Part shown: piece by piece, positions 39,227 to 52,532 of the stretch
Numbering within the stretch: the stretch's first letter is position 1
Layout of the letters: each line of letters starts with the position of its first letter
Source: Trichinella spiralis
Taxonomy: Eukaryota
Length of the DNA: 64,000 nt
Reading direction: 5' to 3'
Assembly (NCBI RefSeq): GCF_000181795.1
Contig: NW_003526941.1
Coordinates: 4,684,425 to 4,748,424, forward strand
Notes under the pieces: generated by a model
The model's database searches: none
What the model saw: the letters and a program-made list of their open reading frames with translations, nothing else
Told to the model about the DNA's origin: nothing
Translations under genes and position numbers: made by a program

Positions 39227-39834
39227 TTCACTAGCGAATCTAAATTATTGGAAAATTGAGATGCTTTCATCGAAATCTGAAAATAATTCACAGATGAAAC
39301 AATCAAACTGAACGCTAAAAAACTGCCATACCTGATATTCCGGCGTGCAAGCCATGCAAGCCCCAGTTCAACGTTGAAGCGGAAGTCTGTGAAATAACCG
39401 GCAAATTTAAAGTGCTTCTTAATTTCATAATACGTATTCTCAAAAAATGTCCACACATTTTAATTTCAATGTGTTACAATTGAAATGTTCAACAAACCCT
39501 ACAACAGCAGCAACAGGAACAACAGAAACAATTTTAACAAATTGAATTTTATGATGAAATTTCAAAAAACAAAAAAACATCAATAATATATTATTATACC
39601 AACTTCTTAAATGTGCATTCGGTTTTGTAAAAAAATATTAAATAAAAAATTAATTTAAAAAATACATTAAAAAGCTAAATTTTATGCTTTGCAAGAAAGT
39701 ATTTTAAAAAATCCAAAATAAAAGTACTGAAATGGGAGAACAGAAAATGCTCACTCAGTTCAATCAATTCATCATCAACACAGAACGACACTTCAAGATG
39801 CAAATGAATTAAATGTGTGAAAAAAGTACAGATT

Positions 39835-42242
39835 TTATGGCGATTTTGCAAAGAACTCGAGCAATGATCGATTGTGCACTGTGGTTCGGACTCGCTTTCG
39901 AGCTGGCGTCGTTGTTGGCGCTCTGCTGCTGCTGACCGGTCTGCTTGGTCCCGGTTGGTTCACATCCAGAGCAGCTGTTGAAAGTGGCGACGTCGATGCC
40001 GGACGCTTGTTCCTTTGGTGCAAATAGCGACGCATTGGCGACGATTGGACCGGCGCCAGCGCTTGCATACGTGAAGGTGACCGCGCTTGTGACGCAAACC
40101 AAATTGGTTCTTCCAACGGTTGTTGTTGCTGTTGTACACGCTCAGACTGCAGACTTTCCAATCTCTGATTTTCTTGAATACGCAAAACCAAATTTCTACG
40201 TTCCATATCCAACTGTTGTTGCTGTTTCTCAGAATAGACGGTCCAAATGCGCCACGAAGGCGGATCGCAGCAAGTCACCAACTGACCGTAGTGATTCCAA
40301 GTGACAGAGTTCGCATCTCTGCCTTCGAAATCGTTAAGCGAGAACTGTGGATCACCAGACTCGTTAATATTCCAAATCATGGCTTTGTTATTTGACGAAC
40401 CGCACAGAAGATAAGGAGCATAAGGACAAACAGCACACTGGACGTAATAGGTATTGATGCTGACGCCGGTATGACGGGCAACTGAAAATCAATCTCTTCA
40501 ATTGGTATAACTTTTGAAAAAAACACCATACAAGCCATTACTTGGTTTTGGGTTGAAACTGGACAACGAATACTGGTAAACTGTATTATCCGTGCATGGT
40601 ACAAACAGCAAGCTTCTGCTAGAATCCACGCAGAACGTTGTGTAACCATACCGACTGTAATTGGAATTTCTTGGCGATGGATATGGCCAAATATCCACAG
40701 CTGCGACAGCTTTATTAGCCTGCAACAATTTCCGAAGATCCCATATGCGAATTCCCCTACAACGCAAAGAATGAAATAAATGGAATTTTATTTCAACAAT
40801 TATTCAACTTACGTATTAGTGTATGCACCGGACAAGACGTAGTGTTGGTTGTGAAAATGAACGCCTGTCACTGGTACATTTAACGACGCTCCTGACCTTC
40901 GTACGTCTGACATCAGAATTTTTCGTAAATTCGTCTTTGTCTAAATTACAACATAATTAATGAAAAAAAGAAGTTATTCTTAATGTAAAAAGTATTTAAA
41001 AATTTTACCCGTTTTTGATTGCATAAAGTTGACGACGATGCAGTTTGAAAATCACCGAAGTAGTGCGCCTTGGCAATGGTCGAAACGCAACCAGCACGTA
41101 AACGCACATCCCAAATTCTTAAGGCGCCATCTCGTCCACCTGACGCAAACAGATCTAATTTAAAAAAATACATATATATGATATTACACTCCAAAATTTG
41201 AAAATATAACACAAAATATGCTAAAAACGCACTCGTATTTTCCGCACACCATGAAAGTGAACGAATTGAATAGGAATGGCCATGAAAACATTGAACCGCC
41301 TTTGCAGTATTGCAGTCAGTCAGTATAATACGTTCATCGGCTGAGCCTGTTAGCACCTCACCTCGACCACAAGGATGCCAAGCAAAGTCGCATACCGCAT
41401 TTTTATGCAGCTGCAATTCTGAAAGTCAAAAGTATTAAACATGAAAAGCATTGAACATGGAAAAAACAATCCTACTTACTAAACAATAATTTTGGATCAT
41501 TCTTTTGTTCAAAAAACATTGTATCATACAAATAAAAAAATCCTGCCTCATCACAGAAGCCAAGATAATTCCATAGATCTATGCCTGAAATGAAAATTTA
41601 ATTTAATCATAAGATAAGCAAGTGATGAAAAAACGCACTTGGATTAAACCGGCATCGGTATATAGAATGAGGTTCCTAAAATTATCAACTGGTTAAACAA
41701 AAATGGTTAAAAAACAAATATCTACTTTACGCAAATACAAACTAAAAACAAATCTACCAAGTTTGACAAAAGTGAACTGTTGAAATAAATTTTGTAAACT
41801 AAACATAAACTATAAACACAATCGACAGTTAGCTACTAGAAAAAGTTAAAATGAAAAAATCAAAACCATCACCATAAATACTGCAACAGTTAATAACCGA
41901 ACAATAATCTTACCTGAGAAATGTAAAATAAATTTACTTTAAATTAAATTATCAAATTATTTCTTTCTGAATTTCTCGTGCATATCTGATGAAGCAACAA
42001 ACTGCTTTAAACTCAAATCATCAACAAATTGAAGCTGTGCGAAGATTGATGAACGTAGAAATATTAGCTACAGATAATTGTGCTTTCCGATTATATTTGT
42101 ATACTTAATTATTATTCGTAATAAAGTTCAATCCAATACTTACGTGATAATAATAAGCAGAGCTTAGACGACGCAAAATTGACTTATCGCTTGGCTTACG
42201 CACAGCGACAAATCTAACATCTTCTTTCGGATAAAACATCAT
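39835..42242 (-). CDS. DTL: Denticleless/Cdt2 WD40 substrate receptor, multi-exon
   Basis: LHKNAVCDFAW, LTGSAD, GHSYSIRS, FASGGRDG..IWDVR, IRIWDLRK, YGYTTFCVD..CTDNTVYQY, LVTCCD; C-terminal PIP-like RSLLEFF. Confidence 0.87.
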
Positions 42243-44224
42243 TTTTAAATGCCAAAAAAATCTATTGTATTGATTAAAAAAGAAAATGAAATAAAAAACC
42301 AAACTGAAATTCAAAAATATATGATAAACTATTACTGTGGAATTATTTGATATGTAAGTTTGTTGAAAATTATTGTCCTACTTTTCAAATTATTTCGAAA
42401 TAATAATTGCAGTAATTATTTTAAAATAATTTAAAAATAATGAATAGAATAAAAAATATTTTAAGGTAAAATGAAATAAAATGAAATTTCTATATTTGAA
42501 TAGTGATGAGAAAAATTATACTTTATTACTTCAATTATACAAAATGGCCAAATTTATAAAATCTGCATGAAAATGTAATTTCTAAGTATTTAACGAAATT
42601 TTGCAAATTTATTTTAAACTTTACCCATTTTAAATTTAATAAACTTTGTCGTTGCATTTTTGAAACATCTAAATGCGCTTTGAACGTACTGATTCTGTTC
42701 AACGAGTGTTACACTGCTTTTCTTTTTTTATTGTTTTTTTTAACAAATCATTTCAATCAAACGCTCGACAGTTTGCCTGAAAATGAAATGTTAAAAATAT
42801 ATTGTAAACTACATACAGGTACATACATTTATTTACATACAGCAGATATCTGCTTCTGTTGTGCTTTTTGCAAATTCAATTCGATTCAAGTGTAATCGAA
42901 ACAAAGCTCAGCTGAACAATTGTGTTCAATTATAGCGGAGCGGACAATAAACAAACAAACTTATCGATTACAGAAATGTTTATCATAATTTTCAACATTT
43001 GCAAAAAGCACTTTGACATAAATTGTTATCTAATTTGTTTAAAGAAATAAAAAATAACTAACTATACAGTAGAACATTAAACTTTGTATGAGCAACTTTC
43101 ACATGCGATATGTGAATAATTATCAATAAATTTTCAAAATGACAATTTTTTTCCATAAACTTATTTCAAAAGATGAATCTGATTCTTGGAAAACGGTGTC
43201 TCGCCAGGAAAAATATTCAAACACAAACAAACAAAGCAGTGGGAAAAAATAGTTTAAACTGCGCTTCACAGTGTGCACTGAATATTAAACAAAAGAAAAT
43301 GTACAACAAAATCAATAGAGACGAATTGAAAAATTGGATTTTTACTGTTGTGTGTTTGTTTGAAATTGTAAAAGAAAACTATTAATAATTGAATCTGATA
43401 CACAATTCAGCTGTCAATCAATGCAATTTTCACATCATGACAGCATTCAAAAAGTGTCATCTTAATTTCTGAATTCAGAGTTGACAATTCACCAATGGCA
43501 TTGCCCATTGTGAAAAGAAAACAGAAATATCTCAAAAGAAATTACAACTTCAATTCCCCAATCAATATAACAAATTCTAAATGTTGCATAATTTTTTCAA
43601 AAAAAAATCATCATAAATCAATTTCAACAAATAATTTTCAAGAATCTTACTTTCAATTTTAATTGTTTTCCCTGTTTGTTTCGTACTTTTTTTAAACTCA
43701 CGAATGCTGCATTTATATTTCTGCTCTTTGTTTCTCTTGCGTGCAAATTGTATTGTATATTGGTATATATTGCAGTGCATACACTCAAGTTTTGTCATAA
43801 TTCTGAAAATTCAAAATCGAGCATGTTCAATAATGAATTGATTTTGTTGAAAATCAGATATGCAAAAGCAAAATGACCTTTCACTGGTGATATTTGGGTC
43901 TCAACTTATCATCAAAAGCATCGTTCCAGTTTGGTAACTTTTCAGCCAAATGCCTTAAAAATATGTTGAAATACTAATAAATCGTTCACATGATGGAAGA
44001 TGGAAAACATCAAAAAGATATTACATTTCATAGCCGGCGGTATTTAGCAGTTTTCATTTTCGACGCCGAAACCCACTGCGGCCACGTTCTGCCTGCCTGG
44101 CATCACATGTGCAACAAGTACAGCAGACCAACAGGACCAAGATTAGCTAACTGATAACAAGCCTGCTTGTGGATGAAATATATAAATAAATATGCTTGGC
44201 TGCACAAACAACAACAACAACAAC

Positions 44225-44530
44225 ATGGCACTGAAGCGATCCTTTCTGCTCATTATAACAGTGATGCTTGTTTGCGTTGTCAACACTTACAACGCAGGTA
44301 AGCAAAATATGAAACATAATAATTCACATAAATAAATAAATAAATATATATATTGAATCAATTTTGCATGAATAGGAGTAGTTCGTTCCAAAAGACAATT
44401 TATGGATCCATTCATGTACGGCTCGATGGGCGGCTATCCAATGTACGGCGGATGGGGATACGGCTTCGACAATTTTGCAGGAAGTATGCTTGGAGGCGTG
44501 ATCGGTGGAGCAATCGGAAGCTTGTTTTGA
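44225..44530 (+). CDS. Secreted Gly/Tyr/Met-rich peptide precursor (75 aa; exons 44225-44297, 44376-44530)
   Basis: MALKRSFLLIITVMLVCVVNTYNA|GVVRSKR-QFMDPFMYGSMGGYPMYGGWGYGFDNFAGSMLGGVIGGAIGSLF*. CAG|GTAAG donor, in-frame splice, AATAAA just after the stop. Confidence 0.85.
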
Positions 44531-45041
44531 GTGATCAAAATAAAAAACCACTATCAAGCTATTCTCAATTGCACAACTGAACAAGTTAAAATTATTTAAA
44601 TTATAAAACGAGAGAAAATATTTTTGAAATAAACTTAAATACCACTTTGTCTCGCACGTTTTTGCATTTCTTACCATTTTGAGAAAATAATAAAAATAAA
44701 ATAACAACTAAAACAAATGATTTAAATAAAAATTAAAGACATTTAAAAAAGTAATTTTTGTTCACTGTGCATCAAATTTATTAAATGGATCAATATTAAC
44801 AAAATAATGTTCAATCGAACAGTTACTATTTTCAGGATATATGTCTATAATGTAAGAAAAACAATAATAACATTGACAATGATATATTGTTCAAAAGACA
44901 GAATAAAACTTGATATAATTGCTTTTAAAACAGCAAAGGCAAAAAATAATATGAATATGTTTGTAAGGCAACGGGAAAAACTGTATGCTACAAAAGTATG
45001 AAAAAAAAATACCAATGTGGAGATATATAGCCAAGACTCAG

Positions 45042-48000
45042 TCAATCAAAGTCTTCTTTTTCTAATACATAAGAACAAGGAAAATAGCCAACCTAAAATG
45101 AAAAAAAAATTTTTGTTTCTTTTCTACAAAATATTTTAAAATCAATCAAAACAGTTCAAATATTAAAGTATGAACTTAAAAATCAATAATTTATACAATG
45201 TGTAAATTTTACTTTCATGTTCACATAATTTTGTTTTCTTCAAAGTTGATAATAATTTCAAAATTACACTACAATTTGAATAATTATAATTTGAATTTAA
45301 AAACAAAAATGAATTGCCTTTCTACAGTATTAACATTTGCATAAACACTAATTACTCCCCCACCTACTTCTTATTGTATTCTATTCATAATGGTGTATTC
45401 TGAACGAAATGAATGAATAAAAGTAAAGTGAAATAATAATTTTCTGTTCCAGTTGGTGTAATTTGAAATGAGAATAAAACTAATTTTTACCCGACGTTCG
45501 GTTCCTTTGACGACCATTCCCTTCCACCAACCGCGTTCGCTGTCCTTCTTGCTCAGTATGATGACCATGTCGTTGCGTTGGAAGGAGACCATGTTCGGTG
45601 AAGTGGCCTCGAAACTGTGCAAAGCGGTCGCGAAACCGACAATCAATGCTTTCACAGGTATCTTGAGGGTGGTGTCCAACGCTTGGAAGCTTTGATTTAA
45701 ATTGTTCTCTTCGTAATGGTTGACCAATTCAACTAGACTGGGAAAATATCGACCGGCGTCCAAATAAAAACCATGCTTGTCCAATTCCACTTTCACATGC
45801 TTGACATCGAAATGTTCTTTGCCAGAATAACTGGAAATGAAGAGGAGTATTTTTTTTGTTTAGCATATTAGTATTTCAAAAAAAAGAAAAAAATACCTAA
45901 TGCTTATAGCATACTGTGACCGGGCACGACTGAAACGGACCAAAAAAGTCCCCAACGGCAAACCCATGATCAATTGTTCAGCTCGGAGACGATCCATCTC
46001 ACCGACGTACCAAGGGTAATGGGTGAGCTCTTCCAAATTCACGTAGCCAAACGTGCTCAACGATACCGGACGTACAGTACTGGCTAGTCGACCCAGAGAA
46101 GTTGAACTAGGTGGTAATACTGTCGAATGGTGATTACAAATTCCGGCACCAGCACCGGCACCAGAACCACCACCACCACCACCACCAGTACCACTACCAC
46201 TACCACCACCAGCACCAGCACCGGAACCATGGTTGCTGTTGTTGCTGTTGCTCAGTGCCGTGGCCGCTTGCCAAGAGGGTCGCTTGACCATCGAGGAACT
46301 GGCCACTTGACGACGCACATATTCGGGTCTGAAAAAGCCAACTTGGCCAACATTGTCGCCTTGAATTAGCCGACCAAGCCACTGGCCCTCGAAGCCGACG
46401 TCCATGCTCAGCAGTTGAATGACGTCGTTCTCTCGGAATGTCAACGAAGGTGCGTTGCAATCACTGCCTGTGAATGGTGCAATGGCGACGAACTTTTCAC
46501 TACCTTAAAAAAAGAAAAAGAAAACCAAAATGAATATATACATACATATATATATATATATAAACATATTCGTCGTCCACCGCTGGGAGAAAAGGAAAAT
46601 GATTGGCCAGCAAAAGCCTTACGGCTGTCAAGCATCGTTGACGAACGAGCCAAACATTCACGGGCACGACCGCATTCTGGCAAAGAGCTAATGCATTCTT
46701 TGTGCAATTTCACACCACAATCTAAAACGGGAAGTGGAATATAATACAAGCAGAGCAACAATAACAACAACAACAACAATACATTAAACAGTTTATTCTT
46801 CAAATGTATATAAGGAAATAATATTTTTCTTTAAAAAATTTCTACAAATATATACATATTTTCTCAAATACATGCATGCACTTACGAGCACATTTGTAAC
46901 CTTGGAAGAACAAACCGCGCAACAGTTTCTCACAACTGCTGCACTCTGTGGCCTGGTCAAAACTGGTGTACATTAAGACATGCTTTGTCAAACAAGCCGC
47001 AGGTGGCTTTACGTTCTCACTGCAATAAATCGATAATTTTTAAAAAATTGAAAAAAAAAACAATTTATCCCCCCACTCATGCATGCAGATATATTTTTTT
47101 TCTGATTCTTCAAAACTCACTGAGCTGTTCTTAATGTCAATAGCCAACTATTTTTCGACTCTTCAGATTGAGCGTGCATCAAATAATAAGGTCGACAATC
47201 CGCATCTGGTGGTTGCATTTGCACTCCTCCTAGGCAATCTTTCAATTGCAATCGAAAACAGTTTGCAAACTATAACAACAAACCGACAATTATTAATTAT
47301 GAATTATAAATGAATAGGAAAAAAAAATTACTTTCATCGGACTTTTTTTAACAACACCTCTGGTGGTGGTGGTGCTGTTCCAATCCGACACATCTTGAAT
47401 TTCATAATTTTCCAACAAAAGCCAGCTCTTGTAGCTGTACTTGCCTCCCTGAAATGTTCATTGTTCCCAGTCAATCGACCACAACAAAACTGGAAAGCAA
47501 TTTCTATTCCAACATTATTAAAACACCCAATTTTCGTGCATCACTTGAAAGCAAACGAAATATATTGCCAAACAATAATTATTGAATATGATTATTATTC
47601 ATTCAGTGATCGATTGATCAAACAATCTAGATGCATTAATGTACGAAGATGTGTTTGCTGTTGCTCAAAATGTGCAACACTCGTTTAAGCGCAAACAACC
47701 TATTTACGTTTAAAAAAAGAAAGAAAAGAAAATTTTATGCTTTCCTAATTTTACTAAAATACACATAAACATGCACACAAGAGAGAAATGAAATACAATT
47801 ACTACCATTTTATCAATTGCATTCATGCTCTGATAAGTGTTCAACTATTTCAGCATATTGATTTAAAATATCACGAGTTTTGAAATGTGCGAATTTTTAC
47901 AAGTAAAATATAAAACAATACTCACTTTGTGATGCTTGCAAATCAAAAGCAACTTGTCGAACACAAATATGTACCTGCAAAAAATATTTGCATATAAATG

Positions 48001-51000
48001 TGTGAGATATGTGTGCATGATAACCGCATGGCAGAACATATTTTGAACGTATGCTTTTCACCTGTTCTTTAATTTACGATCGTCAAGTGGTGAGGCAATT
48101 TTTATTTCTCCATCTTTGAGCAGACGACCATAATCGCACAGTTCAGTATTGTCATGCTGAAAAAGCAACTGAAATAAATCACTGCATGGGAAAATATTTT
48201 GAAATTTTCTAATTGAAAAAAAATTTCTATTTTTTTTAATGATCAATCAAGTAAATTCACCAATTAACTTACCAAAGAAATGTCAACAATGCTCGCTTGG
48301 ATATCTTGGATTATTTGACGAGTTTCACAGTCGCGAGTTACCTCGTTCAAGTAAAGCGACAAATCCTGAAAAAATTATATTCATATAAATATAAATTCAC
48401 AACAGAAGCAAAACAGAAGTAGAAAAGACAAACTCTCATCGCGTCCCAGCCAAGTTGCAAAGAGAATCGTTCTTCGTGATCAATTGGCGTGTGCTTCAAT
48501 AATTCCTGAAAGATGATTTTGATTGAAAAAAAAACAAAACAAAATATTAAACTAATCGAAATATCAGAAAATTGTTTATGGAACAGAAAATATGCAAAGC
48601 TTACTTTGAGCAACAAATGATACTTGAGCACTCGTTGCATTGGAACAACCAGGACATCTTGCAGACGAAATTTGTTGGCATTCGCTTCAATCTGACATTC
48701 CTAAATAAATAAGAAATATTTTTCCATATTTGTATAAAATTATAATAAATTATACCAAAACTTTTTGTCGAAAATCACTCTTTTCGGAACAGAGTTGATC
48801 GATAGTTCTCTGTGCACGGGTTAAAGAACTGCAGTAAAAGCTGTAGCAGGTCAATTGACGTTTGTATTTGACAAAAACATCTCCAAGAAGTGGACCACCG
48901 GTAACAACATTACTCGTCGTTGATAAGCCACCACCACCCGTATCCTGCGATGTTCTCAAGGCAGTTTGAATTTCGGACAAAAATGCCGAATGAATAGGCA
49001 AAAGTACCTTAGAAAATAAAAAAAAATGGCAAATTATTTTTCACTTTGAAACTTTCATCATGTGATACGACAAACCGGGAGATTCATAAATATACGATTA
49101 TGTTCTTCAAATGACAGCACCTCTTTTAAAGGTAAGTAAAATTTCTAAATCAAAGCAAATAAATAAACAGTCCTGTTACAGCTTTCAGCAATTACTTACT
49201 TGAATAATCATATGCAAACTATTTACATATTTTCGTTCAGTATCGACAAGTTCTTTGATACAATATCCTCGCTGATCATTCGGTATAAATTCCTAATAAT
49301 AGTAATAATAATAATTATTATTAATAAAATTAAGTATAAATTTGACAAAAACAAAATTACATCATCTTCTTTCTGCAACGATGCTCTAGTGATGATGTGG
49401 TCATAAATTTGATCTCGTTCATCGTCGCTAGCTTGATCGTAAATTTCTTCATCCAGCTCTTTGGAACTGAAAATTAACATCGTGAATAATCAAAAATAAA
49501 AACGGATCACAAACCACCGATATAGACTCAATGGGCAGATTAAAAACAAAAGCAGAATAATAAAATAATAATAAGAATAAGAATAACGAACTCTGCAGCT
49601 TTGGCCAATTGTCTATAAACTTCGTTGTTGTAATATTCATCGGCGAGCTCTTTTTCATCTTCGACCACTTCAGGAAATCCTCTAGAATTATTCAACAGTC
49701 AGCTAACAATAAGAAGATTGCATGAGAAAAAAAAGAGAACCAAATAATAGTAATAATAATTATTATAATAAATGATAAAGCTAGATGCTCTATCAACAAA
49801 CAATGCTAACCTAATTCCGGAACGTAGAGCTAAAGGAGAATTGGACAATTTGGACAACGTTTGAAGTACTTTGCCAAAATTGGCCGCCTTGTAAATGTCA
49901 GCCGACTCGCAAATATCTTCAGAATTCAAACCAAACACATTCTGACAAGCGTTCAAAAATAGCCAAATATTCTTGGAGCACAAAAACTGAAATAATTCAA
50001 AATGAACAAAAATGAAAAATTCTCAATTCAATTTGTTCCATTCAACAAAAGTGACACGAAGCAAAAATTTATTTTTTACGCTATGAAAAAAACATTGCTG
50101 AATTTCATTATGTAAATTTGATTTTGAAATAAACTTTTTCTTAACTTTAATAAAATTACCGGAGCTTCAATTGTTACATTGTTAAATTAAATTAAATTTT
50201 AAAAAAGTAGAATTTTACTTTTGTAAACAATCAATTGCTCTGTTATGATTTTAAGTGGAGAAAAAGCAAATTTGAAGCAAACAAGAATTCGTGTAAACCC
50301 GCTTATTTAATATTAAACAGAAATACCATCAACCAATACAGGCCCCCTCTTCTCGAAGCTCTCAACCTTTGCAGTTCACACAATATCACCAGTGGAAGAG
50401 AAAAAGTTCAACAATTAATGATTGCACAAATACAAATGCTTTTATAAAATAGATACTTCGGTTTAATAACAACAAAGCCACGGCCACTGTTGCTATTAAC
50501 CTGTTCAAAATTACCAAACTAACAAACAAGCTGTTACTCTGCTACCACAACAACATCAGCTATTTATTGTCCAGTTTTGATTTTTCAAAAAAAAACCTGT
50601 TTATTTTTAAAAACGAAACGAAATGTGTTTTTCAAAATTACCCGCAATTCCAGGGAAATGGTGGAAATGAAAAGAATTTTTTCAAAAAAAAAAAAGAAAA
50701 GAAAAAAAATCATTCAAGTGTTAATCAAGAAATTCTTACAATAATAATAATAATAATAAATGCTAAAAATAATACTATTCTAAAAAGTTTCAAAACTTAA
50801 AAATAATGGACAAAATTGCAACATTTTCAAAAAATATGCTTCGAATGCAGAGCATAAAGTAGGTTAGCATTTTTCTTGCTAGAAATATTAAGCAGAAACT
50901 TATGCTGAAAGATAGACCAAAATAAACAAACAACTTCAACTTGTGCAAACAAGGCAATGGGGAGGGGACAAAATGTGCATTTCACGTTTGAGGTGGATAA

Positions 51001-51264
51001 AAATTTTCATTACAATCAAAACGTAGAGACATACATGATCTTTCTTACCTGCGATAGTTGAGGTCTCAAATTTACGACATTCATATCGATGCTGTCCTTG
51101 TGCAACCGATTGACCAACTGGCACAAAAGCACCCCATCCCGTAAAGCCTGAGCGAAATCCAGCAACGTGGCTTTGGGGTACAAAGCACGACGGTTTTCGT
51201 CCAATACACCACAACGACTAAACCAAGCCGCACATTGGCGCCACAGTTCAGTTTCCTCTTCCAT
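45042..51264 (-). CDS. VAV: Vav guanine nucleotide exchange factor (CH-Ac-DH-PH-C1-SH3-SH2-SH3), multi-exon
   Basis: [23 protein letters not shown] (CH); [20 protein letters not shown] (DH); [10 protein letters not shown] (PH); C1 [20 protein letters not shown]2 [14 protein letters not shown]; final exon [16 protein letters not shown]. Confidence 0.94.
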
Positions 51265-52532
51265 CACCGGTCAGTTGAATAATTAATAGTAAAAAAACAA
51301 GACAATTGCCCGCAACTAAGTGAACAAACTGTGACTGATTTCAACAATTCAACCTTCTCGAAACGGCACCGCAATTTTGCCCTGAAACCGACGCAAATAA
51401 ACCAAATCACATTTCTTCAACAGGTATCGATTTTTTCCTGACACTAAAAACCAATCAAACTGATCAACCGCTACGACGACAACGAATCCGACAACAACAC
51501 TGGGCCAATAAATAGTTGAGCTGAAAAATCAAACCAACACAATTTCGGCAGATTAAAATTTTCTGTAAAACCAACTGCTACAGTAGATTTATTCGAATTC
51601 AGGACTGACAGTTTTTTTGTCACCTGTATTTTCACCTATTTTTTGACTGTGATATTTATCAACAATATTCAAGCATAAATTTCAAATTAACAACATTTTC
51701 CACTTTAATTACACGCAGACAATTATATTTTTTTTTAAGTAAATTTTTCTTTCATTACTGCTTTGATGGAAATAACCTTTTTTTTCAAATTTTTTCCAGT
51801 TTAAAATTTTTTTATGTGATTGATGAATAAGCATGTTTTCAATTTTTGACAGATGAGTTGAATGTGATTAAATTAGAATGATTTTTTCAGTGATATAACG
51901 CATCGAGCATAAAAAACCATTTGCGCAAATCTTTAACTTTATTAATTTACTCAAAATGAAACTTTATTTCACACATTTCGATAGTTTTTTTATCTTGAAA
52001 TTTTTTTCACTTGAATAGTTGTTTCTGCTTTGTATGCGAACACACGACAGAAATTTTGACAGCGATAAAAGCAAGTCAATTCCATTACAATAAGTGGAAA
52101 AAATATTATTACATTTTATGAAGCTAATAAAGATTATGAAAATAAGAAAAATATTTATATATACCCGTTTACTCAAAAAAAAAACAACAAAAATATTTAT
52201 ACTTGCATTTAGTGGATACTGTATTCAACTCGACGACGCTCAAATTGACCCAACTGGGGAAGGAAATCATTTGTAAAAAAACAGTATTTAACAGACTCTA
52301 TTTTTCCTGTTTATATTATAAATTGAAATTTCAAAATTTCAAAATTGACCAATTATCAAAACTCTGAAAAGTGACAATCGCATGACGACAGCAATGTCGA
52401 CGAACCATGTTTGCAGTGCAATTTTTACCATTTTCAATATGTTTCATTCAATTTTGTTCTCTTGTTTTGTTCATAAAATATCAAATTAAGATGTATTTTG
52501 TATTTGTAGAGCATACGAAAGTTACTTTGACC

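Noticed and set aside
46441..46803. Apparent frameshift between Vav ORFs
   Set aside because: Resolved by an ordinary intron ending at ~46504; the SH3 frame is continuous.
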